A stretch of DNA of 64,000 nt. It comes from a virus (Duplodnaviria; Heunggongvirae; Uroviricota; Caudoviricetes). Position 1 is the stretch's first letter. Each line of letters starts with the position of its first letter. The DNA is taken from IMG/VR virus record IMGVR_UViG_3300031414_000001, positions 32,001 through 96,000 of that record, one strand, 5' to 3'. The notes under the pieces were generated by a model that worked only from the letters and a program-made list of their open reading frames with translations, did not search any database and was not told where the DNA came from. Position numbers and translations under genes: made by a program. Of the stretch, positions 24,329 to 34,244 are shown in pieces.

Positions 24329-24528
24329 TCTTTTTGATCGCTCACTACAGGAACGAAAAATGCAATTTTGTCAGTTGGGATATGTTCTAGTGTGTTTAGA
24401 ATAATTCCATTATCTCTTGCATCAATAACAAAGCCAGTTAGATTAACTTGATTGATCAAAAAGAAAGTGTATTGGTACTCTGGATCAAAGGTGAAAATAT
24501 CTTTGATGTGTGGTTGTGTATTAGCCAT
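24316..24528 (-). CDS. Small Sm/Hfq-like protein
   Basis: YTFFLINQVNLTGFV...GIIL...IAFFVP aligns by eye with Hfq VSIYLVNGIKLQGQI...VILL...ISTVVP. Confidence 0.45.
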   Translation of the reverse strand: MANTQPHIKDIFTFDPEYQYTFFLINQVNLTGFVIDARDNGIILNTLEHIPTDKIAFFVPVVSDQKDETA

Positions 24529-24567
24529 ATTTTATCCATGAAAAAAAGGAGGCATAGCCTCCTGTTA

Positions 24568-25689
24568 TTAAAGTTCAATCCCTTGGAAGGATTCTTCAGA
24601 AACATCGTTATCAACTCCACCAATTAGGTAAGAACTGATTTCAGTTTCTTGTGGAGCTACTTGTACGTCAGCACCAGTAATCCAGTCCATTGTCCAAGGT
24701 AGCGGGTTGTTCTGTCCAATGCTATAAGGGCATTTAATACCTACAGCACTCATACGCTTACAACCAATCCAACGAACATATTGTTTTAGAATGGTAGCGT
24801 TTAGACCGATGATAGAACCATCTTTGAATAGGAAATCTGCCCATTCTTCTTCCTGCTTGATTGCGTCCATGAACATATCCTGAACTTCATCATAGCATTC
24901 TTCAGCAATCTTCGCAAAGTCAGGATCTTCTTTCTTCATTAGGCGAAGCATCATTTGCGTTGCACCTAAGTGAATGTTTTCATCACGGCAGATGAAACGA
25001 ATGATTTTCGCATTACCTTCCATTTTCTCATTCTCTGCGAAACTCCAGGAACAAGCAAATGATACGTAGAAACGAATACCTTCTAGAATGTTTATACTGT
25101 TGATACACAACCAAAGCTTTTTCTTTAGTTCATACAAATCAACAACAACTTCTTCACCATTTACGATGTGAGTACCTTCTCCAAGCATACGGTACTTAAG
25201 AATGTAATCATCTAGATCATCATAGTACTTTGCAATATCTTCAGCACAATCTGTAATTTCAGGAATATCCAGCATGGTATCAAATACTTCTGATGGATTA
25301 GGATATACGTTACGAATGATATGAGTATATGAACGACTATGAATACTTTCAAAGAACGCCCACGTTTCAATGAATGATTCAATCTCTGGCAGAGAAGCAA
25401 TTGGAAGTAGTGCTAGGTTAGGACCACGACCTTGTACTGAATCCAGAAGAATCTGACGTTTTAGATTAGCAGTAAAGATATGTTTCTCATGATCTTGTAG
25501 TGCTTTGAAATCAATACGGTCTTTGGACAAGTCAACTTCTTGAGGACGCCAGAAGAAACTTTGATGGCTTTCAGTCATTTTTTCAAATGGTGAATACTTT
25601 ACTGCGTCATAACGTTGAATGTCTACCGATTCATCCAGGAACATATTCTTTTCTAGATGGGAAGTTTCATTCTTTTTAAATACTGACAT
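24568..25689 (-). CDS. nrdB: Ribonucleotide reductase class Ia beta subunit
   Basis: FFWRPQEVD, LDSVQGR, ESIHSRSY, EGIRFYVSF, RDENIH, QVAPQETEISSY. Confidence 0.97.
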   Translation of the reverse strand: MSVFKKNETSHLEKNMFLDESVDIQRYDAVKYSPFEKMTESHQSFFWRPQEVDLSKDRIDFKALQDHEKHIFTANLKRQILLDSVQGRGPNLALLPIASLPEIESFIETWAFFESIHSRSYTHIIRNVYPNPSEVFDTMLDIPEITDCAEDIAKYYDDLDDYILKYRMLGEGTHIVNGEEVVVDLYELKKKLWLCINSINILEGIRFYVSFACSWSFAENEKMEGNAKIIRFICRDENIHLGATQMMLRLMKKEDPDFAKIAEECYDEVQDMFMDAIKQEEEWADFLFKDGSIIGLNATILKQYVRWIGCKRMSAVGIKCPYSIGQNNPLPWTMDWITGADVQVAPQETEISSYLIGGVDNDVSEESFQGIEL

Positions 25690-25698
25690 TGTATTTCC

Positions 25699-26472
25699 TT
25701 ATGTGTTAATCTTTTTACCAAGTTTCCATGAAAGCCAGTGAATATCACGCTGTCCATCTTTGGTAGTATTGTGTAGGGTTAATAGTTCGTTCCATGTTAG
25801 AACAGTTGTGTCAAGTGGTGTATGTGCGTGGTAACGTGTCATACCATCTTCACAAGGGTCAAAAGCCATAATCTGAGCACCAGTAATAGTTTTTGCTGGT
25901 GGTTGTAAACCTAGTAAATCACGAACATCATCTTCAATGATTTGGAAGGTAGCAATTGCGGCTATACTTAATTCTGACCACTTTTCTTTAATGAAGTCCA
26001 CTGTTAGCTGTTGATATTTTGAAATGTAATTCTTGTCTAGATATTCCCATTTCTCTTTAATGAAATCAACAGCCATTGTTTGGTAACGTGAAATCTCACC
26101 AGCAACCTTATCTGAAAAGGCTACCAGTTGATCCCATTTCTCAGAAAGAAAGTCCTGAGTTAGTTTTTGATACTTAGCAATGGTTTCAACAGCAGTACTT
26201 TGAAAGTCCGTCCACTTTTCTTTAATCCATTCAATAGGCATAATAACATATTGTGCTATTACATTCTTATTGAACCATTCCCATTTCTCTTTAATGAAAT
26301 CCATTGTCATAGTTTGATAACGCACTAATGCGTTAGCATCTAGTTTATGAAAATGTTTCTCAATAAAATCTTGAGGTAACTTTTGATATTGAACAACTTG
26401 GTTCATATCTAAGTCTTCCCAAAATTCTTCAATGAAATCTAAATCCATTGGTTTTGTATAATCAACTTTCAT
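25699..26472 (-). CDS. Tryptophan-repeat protein (about 23-aa YQxL/MxxDFIKEKW repeats)
   Basis: At least 6 tandem repeats visible in the translation. Confidence 0.75.
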   Translation of the reverse strand: MKVDYTKPMDLDFIEEFWEDLDMNQVVQYQKLPQDFIEKHFHKLDANALVRYQTMTMDFIKEKWEWFNKNVIAQYVIMPIEWIKEKWTDFQSTAVETIAKYQKLTQDFLSEKWDQLVAFSDKVAGEISRYQTMAVDFIKEKWEYLDKNYISKYQQLTVDFIKEKWSELSIAAIATFQIIEDDVRDLLGLQPPAKTITGAQIMAFDPCEDGMTRYHAHTPLDTTVLTWNELLTLHNTTKDGQRDIHWLSWKLGKKINT

Positions 26473-26487
26473 ATTGCATATCCGATA

Positions 26488-26514
26488 AAAATCCCCTCAC
26501 TTGGAGGGGATTTT
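26488..26514 (-). terminator. Intrinsic terminator after nrdA
   Basis: aaaatcccctc-acttg-gaggggatttt. Confidence 0.7.
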
Positions 26515-26517
26515 ATT

Positions 26518-28839
26518 TTAAATCTTACAGCTATCGCAATCGTCTTCTGCTTCCATAGGAGGAAGAAGTACTACAATACCTTTTTCTTTCTTTTCGCCTT
26601 CTAGTTTATCTAGATCTACTTCACCAGAACCATCGTTCGTGTTCATGTAGTACAAGTTCTTAAGTCCGTACTTGTAAGCTAATAGCAATTCTGTTAACAG
26701 CATATCCATAGATAACTTACCGTTAGGATAGTTAGCAGGGTTATAGCTGGTGTTAGCACTGATACTTTGGTCGATATATTTCTGTAGAACACCACAAATC
26801 TTAATATAACCTTCGTTGCTAGTCTGTTCCCAAAGTAGAGTGTACTTGTTCTTCAGTTTACCAATTTCTGGAACAACTTGTTTCAAGATACCATCTTTGG
26901 ATGCTTTAATTGAAACTAGGTTACGTGGTGGTTCAATACCGTTAGTACTGTTACTAATCTGTGCTGATGTTTCAGCAGGCATTAGAGCCATTGTTGTTGC
27001 GTTACGAATACCATGAATCGCAATCTCAGCACGTAGAGCTTCCCAATCCATCTTCAATTCAGTACCGACTAAATCATCAATACTTTTCTTGTAGTTGTCA
27101 ATTGGTAGAATACCTTGAGCATAACGTAGGTTTTCGAATTTCTCACAACGACCTTGTTCTTTTGCTAATTGTACTGATGATTTAATCAAATAGTACGACC
27201 ATGCTTCTGACCATTCGTTAATAGTACTGAGAGCACCGTCATCGTAGCGTAGGCCACGTTTAGCAAGGAAGTAAGCTAGATTGATGATTCCTACACCTAG
27301 TGGACGATAAGCCTTTGTAGCTCGTTCTGCGTGGATTACAGGGTATTCCTGATAATCTAGTAGAGCGTCCAACGCACGTACAGAAAGGTCACAAGCTTCT
27401 TCCATTTGGTCTGGAGTATCAAAGTTACCCCAATTGATTGCTGCTAGAGTACAAAGGCTAATTAGACCTTCTTCATCATCCTTCACATCTTCAAATGGAA
27501 TAGATGGCAGAGCAATCTCTTGACACAAGTTACTTTGTTCAATCGGAGCAACCGAAGGGTCGAACGGAGAGTGATCATTAACTAGGTCAATATTTTGAAC
27601 ATAGATACGACCAGTTTCAGTACGTTCAGTCATTAACTGAGTGAATACTTCTAGTGCTGGAAGTGTCTTTTTACGAATGCTTGGATCAGCTTCGTATTTT
27701 TGATAAAGTTTTTCAAATTTATCTTGATCGGCACAAAACGCTTCATACAATCCAGGAACATCACTTGGAGAGAAGAAAGTAATATTTTTACGTTGAATCA
27801 AACGTTGATAAAGAGTTTTGTTAATTTGGAAACAGTAATCCAACTGACGAACACGAGATACTTCAGTACCTTTGTTATTCTTCAGTACTACAAGATCTTC
27901 GAACTCATAGTGCCATAGTGGGAAGTGAACTGTTGCCGCTCCACCACGTACACCACCCTGAGAACAGGATTTAACAGTTTTAGCAACTGCGTGTAGGAAT
28001 GGAATCAAACCTGTGTGAACTGCGTCACCACCACGAATTTCAGAACCAACAGCACGGACACGACCATAGTTAACACCTAGTCCAGCTTTCTTAGAAATGT
28101 ACTTCATGATAGCACTATTACCAGCACTGATGCTGTCTAGACTATCACCAACGTTCATAACAACACAAGAACTGAATTGGCGTGTATTGGTACGAAGACC
28201 AGCCATAATTGGAGTTGGTAGAGAAATGTCGAAGTTACTAATCGCATCATAGAATTTCTTAACCCATTGAATACGGTTATTAGTATACTTCATGAATACG
28301 ATAGCAGCAATCATCATATATGCCATTTGCGGGGTTTCGAAGATTTGAGCTTCAACACCTTTCTTGGAACGGTTCTGTACTAGATACTTACCTTCCCATT
28401 GCTTCATAGCAACGAATGTGAATTTGTCATCACGTTTGTGTTTAATGTATTTTCCAAGTTCTTCTAGTTCTTGGGTAGTATACATGTCGAGAATTTCTGG
28501 ATCATATTTTCCGTTTTCAACTAATCCGGTAACATGATCTACGAATTTGATTGGCTCATAAGTTCCATATACTTGCTTACGTAGAGAATAGTTAATCAAT
28601 CTACCAGCGACATATTGGTAATTAGGAGTTTCTTCAGAAATGAGTTCTGAAGCGGCTTTGATTAGAATGTTATGAATGGTCTTAGTACTCATACCTTCAA
28701 AGAACTGAAGTTGAGAACGCATTTCAATTTCTGAAACAGAAACGCCAGTTAAACCTTCACACGCAAAAAATAAAATCTGATGAATTTTATCTAGATCTAG
28801 TGCTTCCTTAGCACCATTACGTTTAGTAACGTTAATCAT
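26518..28839 (-). CDS. nrdA: Ribonucleotide reductase class Ia alpha subunit
   Basis: ATP cone VTKRNG, PTPIM, QFSSC, QGGVRGG, SNLCQEI, YY, C-terminal CxxC. Confidence 0.97.
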   Translation of the reverse strand: MINVTKRNGAKEALDLDKIHQILFFACEGLTGVSVSEIEMRSQLQFFEGMSTKTIHNILIKAASELISEETPNYQYVAGRLINYSLRKQVYGTYEPIKFVDHVTGLVENGKYDPEILDMYTTQELEELGKYIKHKRDDKFTFVAMKQWEGKYLVQNRSKKGVEAQIFETPQMAYMMIAAIVFMKYTNNRIQWVKKFYDAISNFDISLPTPIMAGLRTNTRQFSSCVVMNVGDSLDSISAGNSAIMKYISKKAGLGVNYGRVRAVGSEIRGGDAVHTGLIPFLHAVAKTVKSCSQGGVRGGAATVHFPLWHYEFEDLVVLKNNKGTEVSRVRQLDYCFQINKTLYQRLIQRKNITFFSPSDVPGLYEAFCADQDKFEKLYQKYEADPSIRKKTLPALEVFTQLMTERTETGRIYVQNIDLVNDHSPFDPSVAPIEQSNLCQEIALPSIPFEDVKDDEEGLISLCTLAAINWGNFDTPDQMEEACDLSVRALDALLDYQEYPVIHAERATKAYRPLGVGIINLAYFLAKRGLRYDDGALSTINEWSEAWSYYLIKSSVQLAKEQGRCEKFENLRYAQGILPIDNYKKSIDDLVGTELKMDWEALRAEIAIHGIRNATTMALMPAETSAQISNSTNGIEPPRNLVSIKASKDGILKQVVPEIGKLKNKYTLLWEQTSNEGYIKICGVLQKYIDQSISANTSYNPANYPNGKLSMDMLLTELLLAYKYGLKNLYYMNTNDGSGEVDLDKLEGEKKEKGIVVLLPPMEAEDDCDSCKI

Positions 28840-28914
28840 TATACATCCTTGTTGTTGTTTTTCTTAAAAATTGTGGTTCTTTATTTATAAGGGTCGAAAA
28901 AAGGTGGGAGCCTT

Positions 28915-29493
28915 TTAAATAGCATCCCACCCGCGAAGTATATACTCAACAGTAAAAGCTTCAGCACTATCATTAGATAGAGTGACAGCCATTCTGCTGG
29001 TTCCTGTGTCAAAGGCTGGATCTTGAAATTCGATCACTACTAGCCCTTCAGGTTGATTTGTGTTGTTTTGCTGAGCAATAAGTACTGTGCCAGCTTGAAC
29101 CACAAGTTGTACTGTGCCAGATTCTAGTAAAGTACTTCCAGTAGCATTACTATATCCAACGTAATCAATGAATAACCTTGATGTACTTTGTATGTTTACA
29201 GTTACTGAACCATTTGCTGGTACTGTAACCTTATATGGTTTGTTGATAAGTTCGTTAAGAATGCTCCAAGGTGTAAACTCAGTAAGAATTTCCACATTTT
29301 CCTTTCCACTATTTGGGGCGTTATCCCATGTTCTACCAGCAACCAATGAAGAAGGTTCAGAAGAACTTGGTAGGCCGATAAAACAGCGACCTACGTCAGT
29401 ACTAAATCCGATTTGTCCTTTTTCAAGAGCCAAAGGTAAGTCACGTTGTTTACCCATACGAACTTGCATCAAAGCAATTTCTTTTTGAGCCAT
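28915..29493 (-). CDS. Virion structural protein (fibre N-terminal motif)
   Basis: QVRMG...LEKGQIGFSTDVGRCFIG, a tail-fibre/Mtd-N-like motif; TAAATA at 29523-29528. Confidence 0.6.
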   Translation of the reverse strand: MAQKEIALMQVRMGKQRDLPLALEKGQIGFSTDVGRCFIGLPSSSEPSSLVAGRTWDNAPNSGKENVEILTEFTPWSILNELINKPYKVTVPANGSVTVNIQSTSRLFIDYVGYSNATGSTLLESGTVQLVVQAGTVLIAQQNNTNQPEGLVVIEFQDPAFDTGTSRMAVTLSNDSAEAFTVEYILRGWDAI

Positions 29494-29521
29494 AACTAAA
29501 ATCTCCTATTAAAGTATAGAA

Positions 29522-30073
29522 TTATTTAGTGCTTTCGGCTTGAGCTTTAACATCAGCAATACGCTTTTCAATTAGCTCATTCACTTTTGAACCGTCAACT
29601 GATGAAAGAATAGCTGCTGGGACAGCGGTTTTCAAATGTTTTAGGAACGGAGCAAAAGATTTAAAATCTTTTTCATTCAGTGCTTGTACGATAATATCAA
29701 CATCATCTTGAGCACTTTCAGTACGAACAATCTGAACTTCATCTTCAGGAATAACCACTGAACTTTGAATTTCTTCAATGATAGCTTGTTGTTCTACTGT
29801 ATTTGTTTTATATTCTAGTACTGCTTCATCTACAGTACCGTCTTCTACGGTAGCAGATTCTTGTACCATTAAATCAGCAATTTCTTCAGAGATTTGCTGG
29901 ACAGTTTTACCGCCACGCATTTTATAATCTTTGATTGCTTGAATTAGTTTTACTGGAAGTGGTAGTACATCCAGTTCTGAATCGTCTTGTTTGATCAATT
30001 CATTAATATCGTAACCTTTAGCTTGTACTGCTTTGATTGCGAAAATATCTTGTTTCATTGCTCTTAATCCCAT
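29522..30073 (-). CDS. Hypothetical protein
   Basis: ORF with GGAG SD before MGLRA. Confidence 0.7.
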   Translation of the reverse strand: MGLRAMKQDIFAIKAVQAKGYDINELIKQDDSELDVLPLPVKLIQAIKDYKMRGGKTVQQISEEIADLMVQESATVEDGTVDEAVLEYKTNTVEQQAIIEEIQSSVVIPEDEVQIVRTESAQDDVDIIVQALNEKDFKSFAPFLKHLKTAVPAAILSSVDGSKVNELIEKRIADVKAQAESTK

Positions 30074-30074
30074 T

Positions 30075-30776
30075 TTACATTTCTCCACGTTGAGCGTAAT
30101 ACATTTCGACTCTTTCTATCCACATATTGACAGCTTCATCAAAATCAGCACCCTCAATTACGAATTCTTGATATTCAAGATTCTCAGGGTCTTGACGAAC
30201 ACAAATAAAAATAACACCGCGATCAATCGTAGTGCCGTGTTGTTGATTATGTGCTAGTGCGTATGCTGCGATCTGAAGACGATAGTTTTCGATGTATTCC
30301 CACGTCTTAGGTTTACGGGAGTTTTTATAGTCCATTATACTAGGGATTCCATTATGTATTCCTACTAAGTCTGTTGTTCCCGCCCAAAGTCCTTCATAAT
30401 ATAAAGGTACTTCTTGACCCCATACTTCATTTATTTGAGGCCAGGCATTTGCCTGTATAACATCAGCCATATTACGAGCCAGTACTCTTATAGGCATTCC
30501 ACCTTTATGATCTGGATCACCAACTAATCTACGTTCTAAATTTTCATGCATGAACGTTCCGACTGTTGTAGCTTCTAATGTTATTTCGTTGGCTTTCTTT
30601 TCACCAACTGCGGCTCGCCATTTCTTCAATCCTTCATCATCAGAAGTGGCACTTAGTATTGTAGTCACGCTTGGCAGGTTTCCGCTTGGGGTAGAATAAA
30701 GGCGACCATCAGGGCCGCCTTCAATTCGTTCATAACCTGTATACGTGTACTTATTGACAATAGGTGGTATGTACAT
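30075..30776 (-). CDS. PD-(D/E)xK exonuclease (Cas4-like/exoV-like)
   Basis: LPSVTTIL, GTFMH, E..AGTTDL...IMDYK, QIAAYA. Confidence 0.85.
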   Translation of the reverse strand: MYIPPIVNKYTYTGYERIEGGPDGRLYSTPSGNLPSVTTILSATSDDEGLKKWRAAVGEKKANEITLEATTVGTFMHENLERRLVGDPDHKGGMPIRVLARNMADVIQANAWPQINEVWGQEVPLYYEGLWAGTTDLVGIHNGIPSIMDYKNSRKPKTWEYIENYRLQIAAYALAHNQQHGTTIDRGVIFICVRQDPENLEYQEFVIEGADFDEAVNMWIERVEMYYAQRGEM

Positions 30777-30789
30777 CCTGTACTCCTAT

Positions 30790-30818
30790 ATTATAGCACA
30801 TGTTTTTAGTTTGTTTCA
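30790..30818 (-). promoter_or_regulatory. Phage middle-type promoter TGAAAC-N17-TATAAT
   Basis: 13-copy motif. Confidence 0.75.
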
Positions 30819-31151
30819 AAAATCTTGTTTTAAGTTGTTTGCTGCTGCTTTTGTTGCCATGTCCTCTACTTGTTCTTCAGAAGATTCAGCATTGTCACCA
30901 CTTGGAGTAGTATCATTGCCTTGTAGAGTAACTATGTCAGAGTTCGCATCTTGAACGAATGGTAGTTCATTCAGAATGTCCATCATGACGTTATAAGGAA
31001 CATCAATATTAGTACGCTTCTTAATCTCATTAATTAGAGATTGAACACTGATCTGTTCCCTGCCAGTGGCAATAAGAGACAGTGCGATAGTACTAATCAT
31101 GTTCCTAATATCTTTTCCTGGAGCATCCTCGGTTATTTGACTATAACGCAT
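30816..31151 (-). CDS. Hypothetical, probable head/core protein
   Basis: N-terminus MRYSQITE resembles the T4 capsid-targeting sequence; GGAGG SD. Confidence 0.6.
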   Translation of the reverse strand: MRYSQITEDAPGKDIRNMISTIALSLIATGREQISVQSLINEIKKRTNIDVPYNVMMDILNELPFVQDANSDIVTLQGNDTTPSGDNAESSEEQVEDMATKAAANNLKQDF

Positions 31152-31163
31152 ATAACCCTCCGA

Positions 31164-31814
31164 TTATTTTAGGATCTTTAGAACCTTAGCGATTTTGTTT
31201 TCGTTTTCAGAAAGCCATTGGTTCATTTCTTTCTTAGAGTTGAAGTACTTATTACCTACAGTACCTTTAACACTTTCAAGTTGAATACCAATACGCTTAG
31301 GTTTAGCAGATTCTTTCATTTCGCGATCCATTGGAGTTGGTTCTGGTAGATCACCAGCGTCACCTAGTCCAGCATCATCTTCGAAATCAAAATCACCTTC
31401 TGGTGTATCTACATCTAGAGATACATCATCAGATCCAAAATCATCTGCACCTAGATCAGCAACATCTGGAGAACTTGTAATGTCACCAGTTAGTTTTAGA
31501 GTTTCAGTACTGATCTTGTCTTTAACATCCATAATTGTTTTAACAGCATGATCTAGAAGACCACTAATGTTATTACGGAATGATTCTGCTGCTTCAACGC
31601 CGTGTTCAGCTTTAATACGGTCTAGTAGTGGACCTAGTACGTCAACACCCATGTTGTTGATTACTTCAGCTTGACGTTGTAGTTTATCTACGATTTCACC
31701 CTTAACTGCTAGTACAATTTCAGCTTTCTCAATATTTGATTCATTTAGTTGAACAAAATTTAGAGCTTCAACGCGACTGCCGGATTCCATCATTTTTTGA
31801 AATTGTTTTGACAT
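31164..31814 (-). CDS. Hypothetical, probable prohead core/scaffold-like protein
   Basis: Acidic; repeated L/M-x-ES motifs; TAAATA at 31847-31852. Confidence 0.55.
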   Translation of the reverse strand: MSKQFQKMMESGSRVEALNFVQLNESNIEKAEIVLAVKGEIVDKLQRQAEVINNMGVDVLGPLLDRIKAEHGVEAAESFRNNISGLLDHAVKTIMDVKDKISTETLKLTGDITSSPDVADLGADDFGSDDVSLDVDTPEGDFDFEDDAGLGDAGDLPEPTPMDREMKESAKPKRIGIQLESVKGTVGNKYFNSKKEMNQWLSENENKIAKVLKILK

Positions 31815-31845
31815 TATTATTTCCTTATAAATGAAATTTATATCC

Positions 31846-32658
31846 TTATTTAGTTATGAATCCTTCTTCTTTTAAGAAGTTCAATACTCTTGCTTTCAAG
31901 TCTTGGGCTTTTTTCTTGTGTTCAGCTATAACTGTATCAAGTTCCTGAGCCTTGTCGTACTTAGATTCTTTAAGTACATTTTGACGTTCTTTGGCAGCTT
32001 TAATAGCTTCCTTAACGACATTAGTGTATTGAATACCAGAACTAATGATACCAAGTACTTTAGTATCAGTTAAGGTTCTACCAGCGTTTAGAAGATTACG
32101 TAATGCTAAAGCTGATTCATACATCATAATATTGTCTAGTACTACTTGATTAGTAGCTAAACATTTTATGCTATATGTTTTAGCATTCTTCATTCCTAGC
32201 ACCGATTCTTCAATAATACCCCAATTCATTCCTGGAACGTATGGGCGATTTTGTTGTACTGGTGCAGCAGTTTGAGATTGCTGTTGTTGTGTTTGTGGTT
32301 TTACTTGACGCATACGAACAGCGATTGGGTCTTCAATGAAGGTTTCCCCAGCTTGCGGTTCATAATAACCATAAATGCTATCATAATCATTGTCAGAATC
32401 TACGTTAACGTATTCTTGACCATAAAATGATTCTTCTTGAATATTACCATATTCTCCGGTCAGTTCTTGTAGACCGTGTAGAAGATTCTTTGTTTCAGCA
32501 AGATTAACTTGAGCAAAGTCATTAACAAAAGTACTACCATCTGGTAGTTTCTTAGTTACGGCTTTCCCTTCTTCAATGTCATCGAATGCTGAAAGAATAT
32601 CTCCCATTAAATCAACACCATGTTTATAGTGTTCGAAATCTCCGAAATCATCACTCAT
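31846..32658 (-). CDS. Hypothetical protein (head-related candidate)
   Basis: 270-aa ORF in a late operon. Confidence 0.65.
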   Translation of the reverse strand: MSDDFGDFEHYKHGVDLMGDILSAFDDIEEGKAVTKKLPDGSTFVNDFAQVNLAETKNLLHGLQELTGEYGNIQEESFYGQEYVNVDSDNDYDSIYGYYEPQAGETFIEDPIAVRMRQVKPQTQQQQSQTAAPVQQNRPYVPGMNWGIIEESVLGMKNAKTYSIKCLATNQVVLDNIMMYESALALRNLLNAGRTLTDTKVLGIISSGIQYTNVVKEAIKAAKERQNVLKESKYDKAQELDTVIAEHKKKAQDLKARVLNFLKEEGFITK

Positions 32659-32873
32659 TGCTTACTCCTTTTAATTGATACAAAATATTCAGTTCCATCT
32701 TTTTCTACCTTATTTAGAATTCCACGAGAGACAAGTTTATCACCCAACTCTTGATAGTATTCACCAAAGTACTCAACTGGCATCTCAATATTTGCATCAA
32801 TCTTCTTAACAAGACGGTATTCTTCATTTGATACAATTATGGTAAACCCTTTATTTGTACCGACCGATCTCAT
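32655..32873 (-). CDS. Hypothetical protein
   Basis: 72-aa ORF coupled on both sides. Confidence 0.65.
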   Translation of the reverse strand: MRSVGTNKGFTIIVSNEEYRLVKKIDANIEMPVEYFGEYYQELGDKLVSRGILNKVEKDGTEYFVSIKRSKQ

Positions 32874-33799
32874 TATCTTCCTCTCATTCTTGAACAGAAG
32901 TCGATGATCTGAGAAAGAATTTCATCAGCATCATGCATACCTTCATTACCTTGTGGTGATTCTTCACCAGTAGTATCCTGTTCACCCTCAATATCACCAA
33001 TTGCTTGTGATAGACGGCCTAGACTTGGATTTTCATGTGTTAGTGGAGAAGATGTTTGTTCAATACTTCTCTTAGGTTCTGGAGCCATTACAGCACCTTC
33101 ACTATTATCCACTTCATCATGTTCATCATCTTCCTGAACAGGTTCAATGTCATCTAAACCAAATACATTTACTTGATTAGCCTTTGATGGATCTTTTGTA
33201 ACTACTAGACTTTTGTCAGGAGTTGGTCCAATATCTACACCAACAACATTAGCTAGTTCAGTACTACCAGCTTGGTTCCCAGGAACAGAAACTTTAAAAT
33301 TCGTGTTCGACGCATTACGTTGTAAATCTGCTTGCTTCATTTTGATAGCAGTTTGTGGATTTACTTGAGATTGTTGCTGAGCAGTGTTTTGTTTATTAAT
33401 CTGCTGAGCGGTCATCTGTGAAGTTATGTCTTCATTTAATTCGTCAAAAACTAATGTTTTAATTTCAGCAAGTGTTAGGTGAGAATTTTCACGCAACGCA
33501 AAAGCACAATTTGCTTTATAGAATTCTTCCAGTTCTGAAACTGTAAGTTTATTCAATGCGTTTACTTCTGCTGATTCATTAATCTTGTTTGAAGCGAAAA
33601 GTTTATAGTTCTCGCTCATTTGTGCTTTATACTTTTGTAGTACTTGCATGATAGCTCTATTATCAGAGTTATCCATTGCTTGGTTAATTTCTACAAAATC
33701 ACCAGCATCCATAGCACTCAGGGCTTGATTTACATCCATCTGTAAACCATTCGCGTCTGCGAACTTTTGAAGCTCTTGTGCGGTTTGTTGTATATCCAT
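32873..33799 (-). CDS. Hypothetical protein (head-related candidate)
   Basis: 308-aa Q/E-rich ORF, GGAG SD, late promoter upstream. Confidence 0.65.
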   Translation of the reverse strand: MDIQQTAQELQKFADANGLQMDVNQALSAMDAGDFVEINQAMDNSDNRAIMQVLQKYKAQMSENYKLFASNKINESAEVNALNKLTVSELEEFYKANCAFALRENSHLTLAEIKTLVFDELNEDITSQMTAQQINKQNTAQQQSQVNPQTAIKMKQADLQRNASNTNFKVSVPGNQAGSTELANVVGVDIGPTPDKSLVVTKDPSKANQVNVFGLDDIEPVQEDDEHDEVDNSEGAVMAPEPKRSIEQTSSPLTHENPSLGRLSQAIGDIEGEQDTTGEESPQGNEGMHDADEILSQIIDFCSRMRGR

Positions 33800-33816
33800 A
33801 TTATCTCCAAAAAGAA

Positions 33817-33864
33817 AAACCTTTTCTGTACATGAAGATATTTATCATGTACGGGAAAAGGTTT
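33817..33864 (-). promoter_or_regulatory. Terminator-like hairpin with late promoter TAAATA (33839-33844) in the loop
   Basis: aaaccttttc-tgtacatga...tcatgtac-gggaaaaggttt, followed by a T-run on the minus strand. Confidence 0.65.
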
Positions 33865-34243
33865 GCTTAGTAATGCTAATATTCCTTTCGGATGTAACAC
33901 TGTTAAATTTTGTTAGACGTGTACCATTAACGTTAGTTGGCAGTACTAGAGGTACACCAGTAACAGATAATTCCACATCCATTGGTAATGCGAATTTGAA
34001 AGTACTCACAACACATTCTCCCCATGCACTAGGGAGATTGTAGAATGATGAATTGTTGTTTTTACTCAAGTCAACTTCAGTTTTAACAACACTCACCATC
34101 ATCGGCCTGTCGAATACCATAACACATTCCAGCAATCTTGACAAATTCATCGCACCAGTAAACTCTCCATTCACAATTGTTGGAGTACTACCATCACCAA
34201 TGTCAATTACAGTGTTGATTGTGTAAAATGTATAAGAAGTCAT
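33845..34243 (-). CDS. Hypothetical (structural candidate)
   Basis: 132-aa ORF, AAGGA SD. Confidence 0.65.
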   Translation of the reverse strand: MTSYTFYTINTVIDIGDGSTPTIVNGEFTGAMNLSRLLECVMVFDRPMMVSVVKTEVDLSKNNNSSFYNLPSAWGECVVSTFKFALPMDVELSVTGVPLVLPTNVNGTRLTKFNSVTSERNISITKQTFSRT

Positions 34244-34244
34244 G

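Noticed and set aside
24568-28839. Group I introns in nrdA/nrdB
   Set aside because: Both ORFs are continuous and of normal length.
30075-30776. Cas4-like nuclease as a sign of CRISPR-Cas
   Set aside because: No repeat-spacer array or other cas genes; solo PD-(D/E)xK exonucleases are common in T4-like phages.
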